Source: Pachysolen tannophilus NRRL Y-2460
Taxonomy: Eukaryota
Reading direction: 5' to 3'
NCBI GenBank assembly: GCA_001661245.1
Contig: KV454014.1
Location: 227,559 to 291,558, forward strand
DNA length: 64,000 bases
Below the pieces are notes generated by a model, which was given only the letters and a program-made list of their open reading frames with translations, was not told the origin of the DNA and searched no databases. The position numbers were made by a program, and so were the translations under genes. Positions 33,642 through 45,941 of the stretch are shown piece after piece; position 1 is the stretch's first letter; each line of letters opens with the position of its first letter.

Positions 33642-35909
33642 CTAGTTCTTTTCATTTTTCTTTTTATTGTATTCTTCAATCAATTGTTTCTGTAATTGTG
33701 GAGGAGCCGGAAGATATTGATTGAACTCTAACGAAAATTCACCTTTACCTTGAGTAACAGCTCTTAAAGCTGATGCAAATCCAAACATTTGATTCAATGA
33801 ACAGTCAGCTGTGACAGTAAATTCATCGTTATTGTTTTCAGTATCTTGAATCATTGCCTGTAATTTATTTAAAAGGGCAATAACATTACCTTGGAATTCA
33901 ATAGGTGATGTAACAGAAACAGTCATGATTGGTTCTAAAATAACAGGATTTGATTTCAAGAAAGCCTGTTTAAATGCTTGTTGAGTAGCAGTTTTGAAGG
34001 ACAATTCATTAGAATCAACAACATGCGTAGCACCATCGTTAATTAACATGTGGACACCCAATACTCTATGACCAATCAAAGGACCCTTTTCACAACTTTC
34101 TTCAAAACCTTTTTCACAAGCTGCAAGAAATTTCTCTGAAATTTTTCCACCAACAACTTTACTTTCAAAAACATTCTTTGCATCAGTCGATGTCATAGTA
34201 CCTATAACTCTACCAAATTGACCTGCACCTCCAGATTGTTTCTTGTGAGTGTAATCAAAATCAGAAGAACCAGAAATTGATTCTCTATAGGAGACTTGAG
34301 GTCTACCTGTAGTACATTGAACATTATATTCACGCTTCATTCTTTCAACATAAATTTCTAAATGTAATTCACCCATACCTGAAATGATAGTCTCCTTTGA
34401 TTCAGAATCAAATTTAACTCTAAAGGTCGGATCTTCTTTTTGGAATCTATTCATAGCTTTTGAGAAATTAGCAACATCTTTAGTACTTGGAGTAATTGAT
34501 AATGAAATAACAGCATCTGGAACATACATTGAAGTCATTGTATACATCAATTGACCATCAGTAAAAGTATCACCTGAAGCACAATCAATACCAAAAGTTG
34601 CACAAATTTCACCACTACCAACTTCTTCAACATCTTCCATATCATTTGAGTGCATTCTTACTAAACGGGAAACTTTAACTTTTTTATTTGTCTTAACATT
34701 AACAATGTTCATACCTTTTTTCAATTTACCTTGATAAACACGAATATAGGTTAATTGTCCATATTTACCTTCTTCTAACTTGAAAGCCAAACCTACAAAT
34801 GGTTTTGCTGAAGAAGAAGCCAAATTAACTGGTTTTTCTCCATTAGCTACATCTAATCCAGTATTTAATACTTCTGCAGGGTTAGGTAAATAATCAACGA
34901 CAGCATCCAAAACTGGTTGAACACCTTTGTTAGCCAAGGCAGAGCCCATCAAAACTGGAGTGAATTTTCTAGCAATAGTGGATCTTCTAATAGCTGCTTT
35001 AATTTGATCTGGTGTTGGCTCAACTTCTTCGATAAAACATTCTGCAATTTCATCATCAACATCAGCCAACATTTCAATCAAGATTTTTCTTTTTTCTTCA
35101 ACTAAATCATTCAATTCTGGAGGAACTTCTCCAGTCTTTAACAATTCACCTTGAGAGCCCTCATTATATAATGCAACTCTGTCGATAATATTAACAACAC
35201 CTTTCAAATCACTTTCAGCACCAATAGGAACTTGAATCAGTGCAGCTGGAGTTTGTAATTTTTTATTAATTTGTTCAATTGCTCTAAAAGGATCAGCACC
35301 CATTCTATCCATCTTATTAATAAATGTAACTCTTGGAACGTTATAACGACGCATTTGACGATCAACAGTAACTGTTTGTGATTGAACTCCAGAAACTGCA
35401 CAAACTACCAATACTGCACCATCTAAAACCCTTAATGCTCTTTCAACTTCAATAGTGAAATCAATATGACCAGGAGTATCAATCAAATTAAAATGATAAC
35501 TCTTGTCATCTTTATCCCAAGAACAATATGTTGCAGCTGACTGAATAGTAATACCTTTTTCTCTTTCAAGATCCATAGAATCCATCTTAGCACCAACATT
35601 ATCTCTACCTCTAACTTCATGAATAGCCTTAATTCTTCCAGTATAAAATAAAACACGTTCGGTGAAAGTTGTCTTACCCGAATCAATATGAGCAGAAATA
35701 CCAATATTTCTCATCCTATGGAATTTTTCAACGTCATTTGGTGTTAAATCTTTAGCCAAATCATCAATAATAACTTTTTCTTCTTCGTAAGTTCTTCTCA
35801 AACTTGAAGCATGAAATGATCTTCTTCCAATACCTGCAATAACAGAAAGTCTCGTCATCTCGCCCCGAACAGGAACGTTCCCAATCAAAGATCGAACAAA
35901 CAGCTTCAT
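33642..35909 (-). CDS. MEF1: Mitochondrial elongation factor G1
   Basis: [60 protein letters not shown]; presequence-like N-terminus; first ATG at 35909. Confidence 0.96.
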   Translation of the reverse strand: MKLFVRSLIGNVPVRGEMTRLSVIAGIGRRSFHASSLRRTYEEEKVIIDDLAKDLTPNDVEKFHRMRNIGISAHIDSGKTTFTERVLFYTGRIKAIHEVRGRDNVGAKMDSMDLEREKGITIQSAATYCSWDKDDKSYHFNLIDTPGHIDFTIEVERALRVLDGAVLVVCAVSGVQSQTVTVDRQMRRYNVPRVTFINKMDRMGADPFRAIEQINKKLQTPAALIQVPIGAESDLKGVVNIIDRVALYNEGSQGELLKTGEVPPELNDLVEEKRKILIEMLADVDDEIAECFIEEVEPTPDQIKAAIRRSTIARKFTPVLMGSALANKGVQPVLDAVVDYLPNPAEVLNTGLDVANGEKPVNLASSSAKPFVGLAFKLEEGKYGQLTYIRVYQGKLKKGMNIVNVKTNKKVKVSRLVRMHSNDMEDVEEVGSGEICATFGIDCASGDTFTDGQLMYTMTSMYVPDAVISLSITPSTKDVANFSKAMNRFQKEDPTFRVKFDSESKETIISGMGELHLEIYVERMKREYNVQCTTGRPQVSYRESISGSSDFDYTHKKQSGGAGQFGRVIGTMTSTDAKNVFESKVVGGKISEKFLAACEKGFEESCEKGPLIGHRVLGVHMLINDGATHVVDSNELSFKTATQQAFKQAFLKSNPVILEPIMTVSVTSPIEFQGNVIALLNKLQAMIQDTENNNDEFTVTADCSLNQMFGFASALRAVTQGKGEFSLEFNQYLPAPPQLQKQLIEEYNKKKNEKN

Positions 35910-36109
35910 CTTCAACAATATCTAGCTAATCTCTAACCTTCTTCTACTTCTTCCAGTTCTTCTACTTCGCTATTGCTTTGTCTACTTTCAATATATTTAT
36001 TATATTTTGACTCGGTTTTTGACCCATTTACCGTCAAAATTTTTCAACATTGAAAAATCAAAAATTGCACGACCGAAATCCCGTCAAATTGCAATATTAA
36101 AAAGATGAA

Positions 36110-37900
36110 ATGGAGAGAACCATGGAAAGAACCATGGAGGGAGAGATGATGGGGGATCAGTGGTTTATTGGGGTTGATGTTGGTACTGGGTCTGCTAGGG
36201 CTTGTGTGTCCGATAATTTGGGAAAAGTTTTACTGGTCAGTGAGAGGCCAATTTCTGGAATAAATCATCCAAAGCATTTTGAATTTATAACGCAATCATC
36301 AACAGAAATTTGGGAAGCAGTTAAGGAAGCAGTTAAGGAAGCAATAAGAGATTCGATATCTTGTGTGGAAGGTCCAGTTGGAGTTATTTCAGGAATTGGT
36401 TTTGCTGCTACGTGTTCATTGGTTGTATTACAAGTACAAGAAGATGAAGGGAAATTGGTGCCATATGCAGTTGATTTTGAATTTCAAAATAAAGATCAAA
36501 ATATAGTATTATGGATGGATCATCGATGTGATAAGGAAACTGATGAAATTAATGATGCTTGTAAAGATGATCCCATATTGAATTATATAGGAGGTGGGTT
36601 TTTACCTGAGATGGCTATACCAAAATTAAAATATTTAATTGATCATATACCACTGAAAGATTTAGAAAAAATATTGTTTATGGAATTTCATGATTATTTA
36701 TCGATTAAGGCTGCTTGTGATGATGATTTAACACTTTATTACAAAATTTCAAATTTTGATGATGGTTATGATAATTATAGTAACACATCAACTAAGATTA
36801 AAATGGCTTTGGATGGATCTTTAAAAGGTTGGTCCAAAGATTATTTCCAAAAATTTGGATTACTGAAATTATATGAAAATAATTTTCAACTAATTGGAAG
36901 ATTGGGACCTAAAAGTGATAATTTAAATTACTTACCATTACCTTATGCTGGTTCAAAGATTGGTAAAGTATGCCCATCAATTGCATCACAATTAGGTATT
37001 CCTGAAACTACAGTTATTGGACATGGAGTTATTGATTGTTATGCAGGTTGGATAAGTACTGTTTGTCTGAAAGATTTATCCAATACTTTATCAATGGTTG
37101 CAGGAACTTCAACTTGTTTTTTAATAGCTCATAATATTGATTCTTTTATTCCAGGAATATGGGGGCCATTTTCTGGATTAATTAAAGATTATTATATATC
37201 TGAAGGTGGTCAATCTGCCACTGGTGGCTTAATTGAACATTTATTTAATTCTCATCCTGCTTATAATGAATTGATAAAATTATCTACTTTGGAAAATAAA
37301 AATGTTTACCAATTCTTAGATGATTATTTAAATCTTTTAGCAAAAGAACAAAATTTACCAACAGTACATTATTTAACTAAACATATGTTCTTATACGGTG
37401 ATATCTTAGGAAATAGAACCCCTTACAATAATCCACAAATGAGAGGCTCTTTTATTGGAGAATCAAATGATTTATCAATTAAGAATTTGGCATTAAAATA
37501 TTTATGCATCTTGGAGTTTATATCATTTGAAACTAAACAGATAATTGAAACTTTAGAAAAAGGATCTCATAAAATTGATAAAATCTCTATAAGTGGTTCA
37601 CAATCTCAAAATGTTAAATTTGTACAAATGCTTTCATTGATTACATCAAAGCCTGTAATAATTGGTAATAACCCCAAATATACAGTTGTTCGTGGAGCAT
37701 CTCTTATTGGAAATGCTGCTTATCAAGGTAAAGATATAAAAGATGTTATGAAAGAACTAAATGTTAGCGGCAAAGTTTTAAATTATTCGGATAATGGAAT
37801 TTTGAAACAGTTTTTAGATACAAAATATCAAATCATGGTTGATATGGCCGAATCTCAAATAAGATATAGAAAGTTAATTGAAACTACTTTAAATTCTTGA
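36110..37900 (+). CDS. MPA43: FGGY-family carbohydrate (pentulose) kinase, Mpa43-like
   Basis: IGVDVGTGSARA, IGFAATCSLV, LWMDHR, IDCYAGW, VAGTSTCF, EGGQSATG, GNRTP; convergent with RAD50 as YNL249C is with YNL250W. Confidence 0.82.
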   Translation: MERTMERTMEGEMMGDQWFIGVDVGTGSARACVSDNLGKVLLVSERPISGINHPKHFEFITQSSTEIWEAVKEAVKEAIRDSISCVEGPVGVISGIGFAATCSLVVLQVQEDEGKLVPYAVDFEFQNKDQNIVLWMDHRCDKETDEINDACKDDPILNYIGGGFLPEMAIPKLKYLIDHIPLKDLEKILFMEFHDYLSIKAACDDDLTLYYKISNFDDGYDNYSNTSTKIKMALDGSLKGWSKDYFQKFGLLKLYENNFQLIGRLGPKSDNLNYLPLPYAGSKIGKVCPSIASQLGIPETTVIGHGVIDCYAGWISTVCLKDLSNTLSMVAGTSTCFLIAHNIDSFIPGIWGPFSGLIKDYYISEGGQSATGGLIEHLFNSHPAYNELIKLSTLENKNVYQFLDDYLNLLAKEQNLPTVHYLTKHMFLYGDILGNRTPYNNPQMRGSFIGESNDLSIKNLALKYLCILEFISFETKQIIETLEKGSHKIDKISISGSQSQNVKFVQMLSLITSKPVIIGNNPKYTVVRGASLIGNAAYQGKDIKDVMKELNVSGKVLNYSDNGILKQFLDTKYQIMVDMAESQIRYRKLIETTLNS

Positions 37901-37984
37901 ATATATATATATATATAAATAAATATATTAATAACAATATTATTATTGTTATGTGAATGTTATAGAATTAAAATTTAAAACTAC

Positions 37985-40900
37985 TTATGCATTAATTACA
38001 GCAATAGGAACAGCTTCAATTTGTGATTTCTGTGATGCATTTCTTTTGACTCTATAATATTGATCAGTAAATTGAGCAGCATTCATATTACTCAAGAATT
38101 TTTCATCATGTGTTATAACAATTAATTGGAAATTTTTCTGTTTTTTCCTCAATTCAATTATATTATTTAATGCTCTTGCTAAACTTTCAATATTATCCTC
38201 GTCTAAATTAGTTGTTGGTTCATCTAAGGCAATCATACCACAATTAATACCAAAGCATTCAGCTAATGCTAATCTAATGATTATACTTGCCAAAACTTTT
38301 TGCCCCGCAGAACATCTTCCTCTCATATCTAACTCAACTCCTTGCTTAACCATGACTACTCTGTAATTATATGACCTATTACCTGATTTAACATTCGAAG
38401 AATTACTTTCAGATTTGATTAAAATATTATCAACATCTGTACCACTATAAGTTGTTTTCCACAACTCATCAATAATTCTATTAATTTCTTGCATCTTAAC
38501 AGAATGATATTTCATAACCGCATTATCTAATGCCTTCGAATATACGCTTAAATCATTACTTAGGAAAAACTTAGTTTGTAATTTTATATATTCTTTTTCA
38601 TATTTTTCATCTACTTTGTTATAATCTCTTTTTAATTCATTTCGAAGATTCTCAATCTGTATAGTTAACTGAGTAATTTCTCCATTTTTACCTGAATGTT
38701 GAGCTTGTAAATCAGAATATAATTTTTGCAAACGGGATGCTTCCTGCGTGTATTTATTTCTTTCACTTTCTGTATTTTGTAAAGTTAATTCTGCAGTTTC
38801 TTGCTTAACAGATTCTAAATCAACTTGTAAATTTCTGAAATCAATATTATCTCTTATATTTCTTAGTTCCTGATCGGCAACATTTACTGATTTATCTATA
38901 TCAATAATTTCTGAACTCAAGGTTTCTATTTGAGATTCCAATTCCTTAATTTTTGATTCTATACTTTTCAAATCTTGCTCACATTTCTCTAATTTCGGTG
39001 AATCATTTCCTAGATAATTATTAATGATATCATTTAATTCATTAAATCGAGTACTGATATTAGATAAATAATCAACTTTTGCCTTCTGCTCCAACTCTTT
39101 TTCTTCATTTCTCTTCTTCAATTCCTTAAATTTTTCAACCATGATATTATACTTTTGAGCCAAATCTTCTGTCATAGATCTAGTCTTTGAGATGTTGTTT
39201 TCTAAAGATTTCAATTTCAGCTCATTTTCTTGAATACTTTTCTTCAAATTTACCTTTTCAGACAAATTCTTTTCTAATTCTCCTATTCTTAACCTTTTAT
39301 CCTTTATGGTTGTTTCTAATTTTGTTAATTCCCTTGTAATAATTTCCTTTGTCTGTGTCAAATGTGATAATTCTTGTCTTTTAACTTTCATTGCACTTGA
39401 GCTTTTATTTTGTAAAATTTGTAATTCATTAATAGAGTGATTTGATGCGCCAAATTCAGTTAATTCATTTTGTATAGCTGATAATTGGCCTTTATATGAT
39501 TCCAATTCCTTATTCAATCTCGTTAAATCGGCAACAATTTTGAAAAACGATTCAACAGCATAAATTTCTGATTCCAAATTTTCTAAAGATTTTAATTGTT
39601 CATCAGCTCTCTTTTTCGCTGAATCATAATCTGCATTCAAAACATTTAATTTTAAATTAGCTTCATTTATTTCAACATTTTCCAAACTTCTAATTCTAAG
39701 AATATCAGGTCCAAGTGCTCTTGCATACTCCAAATCTTCTTTGATTCTATCAAATTCTTCTTTTGCATTTTGCTGAGACCTGGGACTTATGGATTCACGT
39801 AATAAATCCAAAAAAGTTGATAACTCTCCATTTTTAAATGTTCTGCGACACAATACACAATGTTTTTCCTTTTCTGCTATAGCTAATGCATTCATATTGA
39901 ACCTTATTGTTGTATCATTAAAATTTAGATTCTCCAAGGCAATTTTATAATTTTTCTCTAAATCATCTATAGTATCTTCATAATCTGATATTTCAAAATC
40001 TTCTTGCATCATTTCTTCCACTTTTTGTTTTTTCAATTTTAATTCATTTCCTAGAATTGAAATTTGATCTTTTAAGCTTTCCCTGTCTCTATCAAGTTGA
40101 TACGTCTTTAAATTATATTGCTCATAAATATTTTGTTCTTTTTTATAAACTTCTTTTAAAGATAATAGGCGATTGCTGCAATCTTTTTCACAAGTTTCAA
40201 TATTTAAATCTATACCAACTTTCTCTTTAAATGCTTTCCCATTTGCGTCAATTATAGATTTAATGATATTTTCATTTTGATGAATATTTTGTTTAATTAT
40301 GCTGGATTTAGCTAAAGTTTCACTTTGTCTGCTGCTTACGGAAATTTGATTTGTAATTTCTTCGAGTTCTTTTTCCAAACAAATGATTTCTTCATTTTTA
40401 AGATGAATTTCTGATGTTATTTTAGCTAATTCATTTTCTTGTTTTTTTTTTCAAATTTTTGTACCATAACTTTTAATTCTTCTTGTTCAATTCCTAGTTG
40501 ACTTTCATCAGATTGAATCATTCTAATTTTAAAATTTAAAGAATCATTTTCCTTGTGATAATTTTTTAAATCAGTTTCATAATACTGTAAATGTTGTTCT
40601 TCTTTCATTTTGCTATCTCTAATCATAGTTAAATTAGATTCATATTCTTGGATTTGGAAATTATTATCATCTATTATTTCTTTTAATTTTTTTTCATTAG
40701 TTATTAATTTTTTCATTATTTTATCTTTAAATTCTAATATTACTTTATCATCTTCAATATTATGAATTGATAAATCTAAGTTTTCATAATTTTCTTTTAT
40801 AATTTGAAATCTCTTCTCTATATTTAATTTATAATTCTCAAATAATGCTCTTAATTGACCTTCAATTCTAATATTTGTACTATATGAAGCTCTAACAACG

Positions 40901-41904
40901 TTTAATTCATCTGTTTTTAATTTAATTATCAGTCTTTTATTTTCAATTGCTGTTTTCTTTTCATTTAATATTTCATTAAAATTAATTAATTTATTTTGTA
41001 AATCTTCAATTGTATTAGGTAATGGTATTAATGATTGTTTTATTCTTTGAATTTGAGAATTTAAAGTAATTTGTTGATTTTTTAAAAAATCAATTCTATT
41101 AATAACTTTTTCATAATCTTGGTTTGATTTAAATAATTTATCCATTTGTTGAGTTATATCTTTTAATTCTAAAGAAATTTTCCCAATTTCTAATTTATAT
41201 TCATCAACAGTTTTGATTAATTGTTCCATTTCAAATTTTTTCAGATTTGCTCTTTTCCTATCTTCTTTTAAATGTTTAACGTTATTATGTAATAATTTAA
41301 TATCAATATCAAATTGTTTTCTAATATCTTTAAAATTATCCAATACTTTAATAAATTTAACAGAATCAAAAATTTCATCAAATCTTTTTTTCAAAATTGA
41401 AGGTTCACTTATAGGCCATGAACTATCTTCTTGATGACAAAATATAACGTAATTTAAAATCAGTTTAGAAACTCCCAAATTTTGTGGTATTAAACTATCA
41501 ACCTCAGCAGCTTTAGAACTAATAGTTGTCCTTTCACCATGATTTAAAACATACAATTGATTCTCCAAAGTCTTAAACGTTGATTGAGATTTCCCCTTTG
41601 AAATCAATTGTAAAGTCCTTGTTAATACCATCGTCTTATTATTAACATTCTTAAAAGCCAACTTAATCTGAGCCCTCACATCCCTCTCACCAGCAATATT
41701 AGGATCATGAATAAAAGCTCCTCCTTTAGAATTCGGCGGCAAATCCCCAGTCGCAGCATATTTTAAACATTCGATGATCGTAGTCTTACCAGATCCATTT
41801 GCTCCAACAATCAACGTCAATGGCTTATTGAACTGAATCGTCTCCACTTCACCAGGATCAAAAGACCTAATACCAGAAATCGACAACTTATAAATACTCG
41901 ACAT
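37985..41904 (-). CDS. RAD50: MRX complex ATPase Rad50; one-base frameshift in A-run at 40442-40451 (probable assembly error)
   Basis: Walker A GANGSGKTT, VIFCHQEDS, zinc hook CVLC, signature MRGRCSAGQKV, Walker B ALDEPTTNLD, ITHD. Adding one A joins the two ORFs. Confidence 0.95.
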
Positions 41905-42256
41905 TTCCAAAAAGCAAAAAGGAAAGGAAAAGAAAAACCGCCACCAATCCCAAAATCCAATTCACAACTTCAACAATTAATTCTTTTGTTTCTTTTGTTT
42001 CAATTATTTTACTACTTTTGCTTTGTTGTTGCCCCGAAATGTATAAATGAAAACAGTCGTGCAAGCGCATTTAAATTAAATTAAAATTAAATTAAAAAAG
42101 TTTCTTTGTTCGATGAAAAACTGACAAAAGTTCATCTATCTATTTATTCAATTATTTAATTGATATAATAATGATATTATTGGCGGTTCATTTTCTATAA
42201 AAGAGTTTTTTATTTTTGAATCTTGGAGATTTTAAGATATAGATAGAAGTATCTAT

Positions 42257-44595
42257 ATGTTTAATAGGTTTAGTCGGTTAAATAAATTTTGTATATTGAA
42301 GCGGTTTAATTATCAAATGTCACAACAACCAACTTGGATTCAACCTCAAACTAAAACAGATGGTTCAGTGAAACCTGTGTTGAAGTTATATAATTCTTTG
42401 ACTCGGTCCAAGGTTCCATTTGTTCCTATGAATGAAAATGAGGTCACTTGGTATAGTTGTGGTCCAACTGTTTATGATGCTAGTCATATGGGTCATGCTA
42501 GAAATTATGTTACAATAGATATTAATAGAAGAATTTTACAAGATTATTTTGGTTATAATGTTAAATTTATTCAAAATGTTACTGATATAGATGATAAAAT
42601 CATTTTAAAAGCAAGACATGAATATTTATTTTCAAAATTTTCTGAGGAAATTTTAAATTCTAATGAAATTAATAATGAATTAATATCAAAGGCAAAAATT
42701 GGTTGGAATTTATATGTATCTAAAAATTTACCAAAATTTTTTGAATTAGAAAATCAAAATCAAAATTTTAATAATTGGGTAAATTCATTAGATTTATCAA
42801 AAGAAATTGAAATAAATCCAAAAATTCCAATGTATTTAAAAGCTTCAAAATTAGCATTAGAAGCTATTGAAAATCCAATTTCTTATTCAGTTAAAGATTT
42901 TTTAGAAAAAATTAAAGATATCATAGTTCCACTTTTAGATAAAGAATTGGGTTCAACAGTAACAGATCCAGAAATTTTTAAAAAAACTTCATCTTATTGG
43001 GAATTAAAATTTGATCAAGATATGTCAAGATTAAATGTCTTACAACCTACAGTGACAACAAGAGTCTCTGAATATATTCCAGAAATTATTCAATATGTTG
43101 TAAATATTATTAAACTGGGATTTGCATATTCAACTTCTGATGGTTCTGTTTATTTTAATACTAGTAAATTTGATCTGTCTTCAAATCATGATTATGCAAA
43201 ATTACAACCTTGGAATAAATCTGATTTAACCTTATTAGAAGAAGGTGAAGGTTCATTAACCAGTTCTGATTTTAGACAAAGTCCTGCAGATTTTGCTCTT
43301 TGGAAATCTTCAAAACCTGGTGAACCTTTTTGGGATTCTCCATGGGGTAAAGGAAGGCCTGGTTGGCATATTGAATGCTCCGTGATGGCTTCAGATTTTA
43401 CTGGATCACAAATGGATATTCATTCTGGTGGTATCGATTTAGCATTTCCTCATCATGATAACGAATTAGCTCAAAGTGAGGCTCATTTTGATTGTAAACA
43501 ATGGGTTAATTATTTCTTACATACTGGTCATTTACATATTGAAGGACAAAAAATGTCTAAATCATTGAAAAATTTTATCACTATTGAAGAATCTTTAACA
43601 AAATATACTTCAAGACAATTAAGATTATGTTTTAGTTTAGTCCAATGGAATAATCAATTAGATTTTAAAGAAAGTTTATTAAATGAAGTTAAATCAATTG
43701 AATCCACTTTTAGTAAATTTTTTAATAAAGTTAGAGCTTTAAATACTGATTACAAACATAATGTTGAATCTGGTATAATAATTTCTAAAAAATTAAGTGA
43801 ATATGAAAAAAATTTATTAAAAAATTTATTAAAAATTCAAGTTCAAGTTCATGAATCATTTTGTGATAATTTAGCAACACCTCAAGTTATTAGATTATTA
43901 TTAGAATTAGTTCAAATTACTAATATGTATATAACCAATAGTCAATCAAATTCATTAAGAATTGATCCAATTTTACAAATTACTTATTATATAACAAAAA
44001 TTTTGAATATTTTAGGTTTTGAATCAAGAAATGATAAATTGGGTTGGTCTGAAGCAGAACTGGAATCAATTAAATCATCAAGAGAAGAAATTGCAATGCC
44101 ATTTGTAAAAATTTTATCTCAATTTAGAGATTTGGTTAGATCAGCAGCTATTGCCAAAGAAGATTATTCTGTATTTTTGGAAGCTACTGATAGTTTAAGA
44201 AATAAAGATTTATTAGATTTAGGAGTTATGTTGGATGATAGACAAGATTCTTCAGCTTTGATAAAATTTTTAACTGATCAAGAAAAACAAGAATTAATTT
44301 CTCAACGTTTAGAAAAATTAAAAATAGATGAACAAAAAAAATTAAAAAATTAGAACAATTAAAAATTAAAGAACTGAAAGAAAAAGAAAAACTTGAAAAA
44401 GCTAAACTTTCACCTTTAGAAATGTTCAAAACTGAAGAATATAAAAAACAATTTAGAGAATGGGACAATGAAGGATTACCAACTGTTGATATTAATGGTG
44501 AAGAAGTTACAAAAAGTATGAAGAAAAAATTGAAGAAATTGTACGATGCTCAAAAAAAATTACATGAAGAATATTTACAAAACAATCAAAAATAA
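42257..44595 (+). CDS. CRS1: Cysteinyl-tRNA synthetase; one-base frameshift at ~44344-44349; second in-frame ATG at 42317
   Basis: CGPTVYDASHMGHAR, GRPGWHIECS, GGIDLAFPHHDNE, KMSKS. The C-terminus continues in another frame (KAKLSPLEMFK...EWDNEGLPT...GEEVTKSMKKKLKK) to TAA at 44593-44595. Confidence 0.95.
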
Positions 44596-44715
44596 TTAAT
44601 TTTATTTATTTAATTTTTACCTTGAATACATATTCTTATATAGACAAAAGTAAAGTATAATCAATGAAATGAAATAGAAAATAATAATAATAAAAAAAAA
44701 AGAACGTATATCTTT

Positions 44716-44807
44716 CTATCAGAGTCATTAAATCAGTATTTTTGTTTATAAATCACTGGTCGGTTAAAACCTCGTACAGTGTGAATAAAAGTTGATCATC
44801 ATCAAAA
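44716..44807 (-). ncRNA. snR51: Box C/D snoRNA snR51-like
   Basis: Box C ATGATGA (44802-44796) and box D CTGA (44722-44719). Guide ACTGATTTAATGA is antisense to 18S UCAUUAAAUCAGU (Am100 by the D+5 rule); TATTCACACTG is antisense to 25S CAGUGUGAAUA (Um2729 region). Confidence 0.88.
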
Positions 44808-45011
44808 TAATACGTTTAACAAGTGAATTATCACAGACAAACACACAAAAAGAAAAAAAAGAGGAAAAGAAGAAAGATGGTTTAAACCTTTAAACTCATT
44901 TCTGCTCAAGAAAAAAAAATAAAAAAAATTGAAAAACAATCACCTTGTTAGTAAATGATACCCTTTCAATAGTTTAAATACTTTTGAAATCTGAAAAGTT
45001 AAATTCTAGAA

Positions 45012-45194
45012 ATATCAGTAAAACGACCTATCATCAACTCTTATCTATCAACACTCCAAAAAAATGTACACATGGAATGCGACTACTAACTTAATAGTGA
45101 TAGAAAAGGTGAATTATGTCCGCCCGGTCACAATGTTTCCTCATCTAGACAAGAAATTACAATACAGAAGTCCTTTTTTTTTCTCATAATATGG
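45012..45194 (-). ncRNA. snR70: Box C/D snoRNA snR70-like (intronic)
   Basis: Blocks TCTAGATGAG, GGGCGGACATAA and TGTGTACATTTT are complementary to, or typical of, the guide for 18S GUACACACCGCCCG (Cm1639 region). Degenerate box C ATTATGA, box D CTGA at 45018-45015; lies between snR41 and snR51 as in the S. cerevisiae cluster. Confidence 0.8.
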
Positions 45195-45340
45195 TTCAAG
45201 ACATACCTCTTTATTAACTAGAATAAAAATAAATGTTAGCATACCTGACTTTCAAGAAATAAAATCAATCAAAAGCTTTGGTTTTTGGGCCCACAAATAA
45301 AAAAAAAAAAAAAAAAATAGCAACGGCATCAATATTAAAA

Positions 45341-45437
45341 AGCTCATACAAGGCTGAAACTTAACGATAATGCAATTGTCGACATATGATATTCTCATTC
45401 AGTTGGAACAATTGGTTTAATGCAAATAATCACTGCT
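45341..45437 (-). ncRNA. snR41: Box C/D snoRNA snR41-like (intronic)
   Basis: Box C variant GTGATTA. Guide CCAATTGTTCC plus D' CTGA targets 18S GGAACAAUUGG (Am541); guide TTAAGTTTCAGCCTTG plus box D variant ATGA targets 18S CAAGGCUGAAACUUAA (Gm1126). Short AGC/GCT terminal stem. Confidence 0.85.
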
Positions 45438-45678
45438 AATAATGAAGCCAATTTTTTTTTTTTTTTTTTCATTTTCTTCTTTGGCCTCTTCAAACACAAA
45501 AGCTAAAATAAACTTACCTTTCTAGATAAAATAAAAGACCAGAATGGTTACTATAGATAGAATTATCATTCTAAAGCTTCTGATTAATATAATAAAAAAG
45601 AATAAATATAATTAAATTAAAAATAATTAAAAATAATTAAAATAAATAGTATTCTTCCAACTGTGAAAAGTTTTGAGT

Positions 45679-45713
45679 TGAAAAATTTTTCTTTTAGATT
45701 TTTAATAGGGTAA
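45679..45713. promoter_or_regulatory. Candidate snoRNA-host promoter elements (RRPE plus Tbf1/Reb1-like site)
   Basis: TGAAAAATTTTT at 45679-45690 and TAGGGTAA at 45706-45713, upstream of the minus-strand host. Confidence 0.45.
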
Positions 45714-45941
45714 CCAAAGAGAGATTCATTTTTTGTATGAAAAGATGAAATAGCGTTCTTTTGAACATGGTTTTATTAACTTATAATAGAGAGAAAGAGA
45801 GAGTATGTGTGTCTAATAGATAATTGGATTTGAGTTTGTATTTGTATTTATTTATTTAAAAGAAAAGAAATTCTAAATCGTAGAATACTTTTTAATTATC
45901 ATATATTGAATAAAAATAATAATGGATTGAATTAAGTTTTT

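Larger units (their letters stand above)
44716..45560 (-). ncRNA. Spliced non-coding snoRNA host transcript (introns 45517-45218 and 45206-44902; 11-nt exon 45217-45207); ends approximate
   Basis: Intron 1: GTAAGT...TGCTAAC...TAG. Intron 2: GTATGT...TACTAAC...CAG. Each contains one snoRNA; the exons have no ORF. Confidence 0.72.

Noticed and set aside
35238..41463. CUG-Ser (Candida-type) or standard code
   Set aside because: The informative CTG positions correspond to conserved Ala, not Ser or Leu.
37985..44595. RAD50 and CRS1 as split genes or pseudogenes
   Set aside because: All catalytic motifs are intact and each break is a single base in an A homopolymer.
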